Part shown: one piece after another, positions 61,912 to 64,000 of the stretch
Layout: each line of letters starts with the position of its first letter
Numbering within the stretch: the first letter of the stretch is position 1
Source of the DNA: Heterodontus francisci
Lineage: Eukaryota
Assembly: GCF_036365525.1 (NCBI RefSeq)
Contig: NC_090378.1
Coordinates: 117,041,593 to 117,105,592 of the forward strand
DNA length: 64,000 nucleotides
Reading direction: 5' to 3'
Position numbers and translations under genes: made by a program
Notes under the pieces: model-generated
What the model saw: the letters and a program-made list of their open reading frames with translations, nothing else
The model's database searches: none
Told to the model about the DNA's origin: nothing

Positions 61912-64000
61912 TTTTCTTATTCATTCATGGGATGTGGGCATCACTGGCTAGGCCAGCATTTATTGTCCATCCCTAATTGCCCTTGAGAAGGTGATGGTGA
62001 GCTGCCTTCTTGAACCGCTGCAGTCCATTTGGGGTAGGTATACCCACAGTGCTGTTAAGAAGGGAGTTCCAGGATTTTGACCCAACGACAGTGAAGAAAT
62101 GGGAATATAGTTCCAAGTCAGGATGGTGTGTGACTTGGAGGGGAACTTGCAGGTGGTCGTGTTCCCATGCATCTGCTGCCCTTGTCCATCTAGGTGGTAG
62201 ATGTCACAGGTTTGGAAGGTGTTGCCTAAGGAGGCTTGGTGTCTTACTGCAGTGCATCTTGCAGATGGTACACACTGCTGCCATTGTAGGTCTCTTGTGG
62301 AGGGAGTGAATGTTTGTGGATGGGGTGCCAATCAAGCAGGCTGCTTTGTCCTGGATGGTATCGAGCTTCTTGAGTGTTGTTGGAGCTGTACCCATCCAGG
62401 CAAGTGGGGAGTATTCCATCACACTCCTGACTTGTGCCTTGTAGATGGTGGACAGGCTTTGGGGAGTCAGGAGGTGAGTTACTCGCCACAGGATTCCTAG
62501 CCTCTGACTTGCTCTTGTAGCCACGGTATTTATATGGCTACTTCAGTTCAGTTTCTGGTCAATGGTAACCCCCAGGATATTGATAGTGGAGCATTCCGCG
62601 ATTGTAATGCCATTGAATGTCAAGGGAAAATATTTAGATTCTTACTTGTTGGAGATGGTCAGTGCCTGGCACTTGTGTGGCGCGAATGTTACTTGCCACT
62701 TATTAGCCCAAGCCTGGATATTGTCCAGGTCTTGCTGCATTTCTACACGGACTGCTTCAGTATCTGAGGAGTCACAAATGGTGCTGAACATTGTGCAATC
62801 ATCAGCGAACATCCCCACTTCTGACCTTATAATTGAAGGAAGCTCATTGATGAAGCAGCTGAAAATGGTTGGACCCAGGACACTACCCTACAGAACTCCT
62901 GCAGTGTTGTCCTGGAGCTCAGATAATTGATCTCCAACAACCACAACCATCTTCCTTTGTGCTAGGTATGACTCCAGCCAGTGGAGGGTTTCCCCCTGAT
63001 TCCCATTGACCTCAGTTTTGCTCGGGCTCTTTGATGCCATACTCTGTCAAATGCTGCCTTGATGTCAAGGGCGGTCACTCTCACCTCACCTCTTTAGTTC
63101 AGCTCTTTTGTCCATGTTTGAACCAAGGCTGTAATGAGGTCAGGAGCTGAGTGGCCCTAGCGGAACCCAAACTGAGCGTCACTGAGCCGGTTATTGCTAA
63201 GCAGGTGCCGCTTGATGGCACTGTTGATGACACCTTCCATCACTTTACCGATGATTGCGAGTCGGCTGATGGGGCGGTAATTGGCCGGGTTGGATTTGTC
63301 CAGCTTTTTGTGTATAGGACATACCTGGGCAATTTTCCACATTGCAGGGTAGATGCCAGTGTTGTACCTGAACTGGAACAGCTTGGCTATGGGCGCAACA
63401 AGTTCTGGAGCACAGGCCTTCAGTACTGTTGTTGGAATGTTATCAGGGCCCATAGCTTTTGCAGTATCCAGTGCCTTCAGTTGTATCTTGATATCACGCG
63501 GAGTGAATCGCATTGGCTGCAGTCTGGCATCTGTGATGTTGGGGACTTCAGGAGGAGGCTGAGATGGATCATCTACTCAGGACTTTTGGCTGAAGATTGT
63601 TGCAAATGGTTCAGCCTTATCTTTTGCACTGATGTGCTGGGCTCCCCCATCATTGAGGTTGGGGATATTTGTGGAGCCTCCTCTTCCAGTTAGTTGTTCA
63701 ATTGTCCACCACCATTCACGACTGGATGTGGCAGGACTGCAGAGCTTAGATCTGATCCGTTGGTTATGGGATTGCTTAGCTCTGTCTATCGCATGCTGCT
63801 TACGCAGTTTGGCAGGCAAGTAGTCCTGTGTTGTAGCTTCACCAGGTTGGCACCTCATTTTGAGGTATGCCTGGTGCTTCTCCTGGCATGCCCTCCTGCA
63901 CTCTTCATTGAACCAGGGTTGATCCCCCGGCTTGATGGTAATGATAGAGTGGGGGATATGCCAGGCCATGAGGTTACAGATTGTGATTGAGTACAATTCT
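61912..64000 (-). mobile_element. LINE family B ORF2 (RT region to 3' end), continues beyond the window
   Basis: DQPWFNEEC, KAMGPDNIP, SNPANYRPIS, QFGFR, MFADDC, YKAQVRSVMEY, KMHCS. Confidence 0.92.

Overview
Eukaryotic genomic DNA, almost certainly from a cartilaginous fish (shark-type CR1/L2 LINEs, a DeuSINE, Ig cluster organisation). The only recognisable host gene is one unrearranged immunoglobulin kappa-type (shark type III/NS4-like) light-chain cluster on the minus strand. Its parts are: variant octamer and TATA promoter (~55934-55987), leader exon (55825-55873), V exon (55334-55638) with a perfect 12-RSS, one J (45703-45737) with a degenerate 23-RSS, and a C exon (37651-37979). All reading frames and splice phases are compatible. 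V and J are ~9.5 kb apart; the interval holds a ~6.7 kb array of 61-bp repeats abutting the V-RSS and a 163-N assembly gap. About a quarter of the window is minisatellite (36, 34, 45, 61 and 43 bp units). The rest is mostly nested, decayed mobile DNA: CR1, L2-like and Tx1 LINEs, hAT MITEs, a Harbinger Myb-like gene, Gypsy and ERV-like fragments, and a probable solo LTR. The most intriguing observation is that the dominant 61-bp V-J repeat unit has the geometry of a 23-RSS (CACAGTT-23 bp-ACACAGTCC), only slightly worse than the real J signal; perfect heptamers also cluster around J. Any functional role for these is a hypothesis, not something the sequence demonstrates. The long ORFs over the tandem arrays are artefacts.
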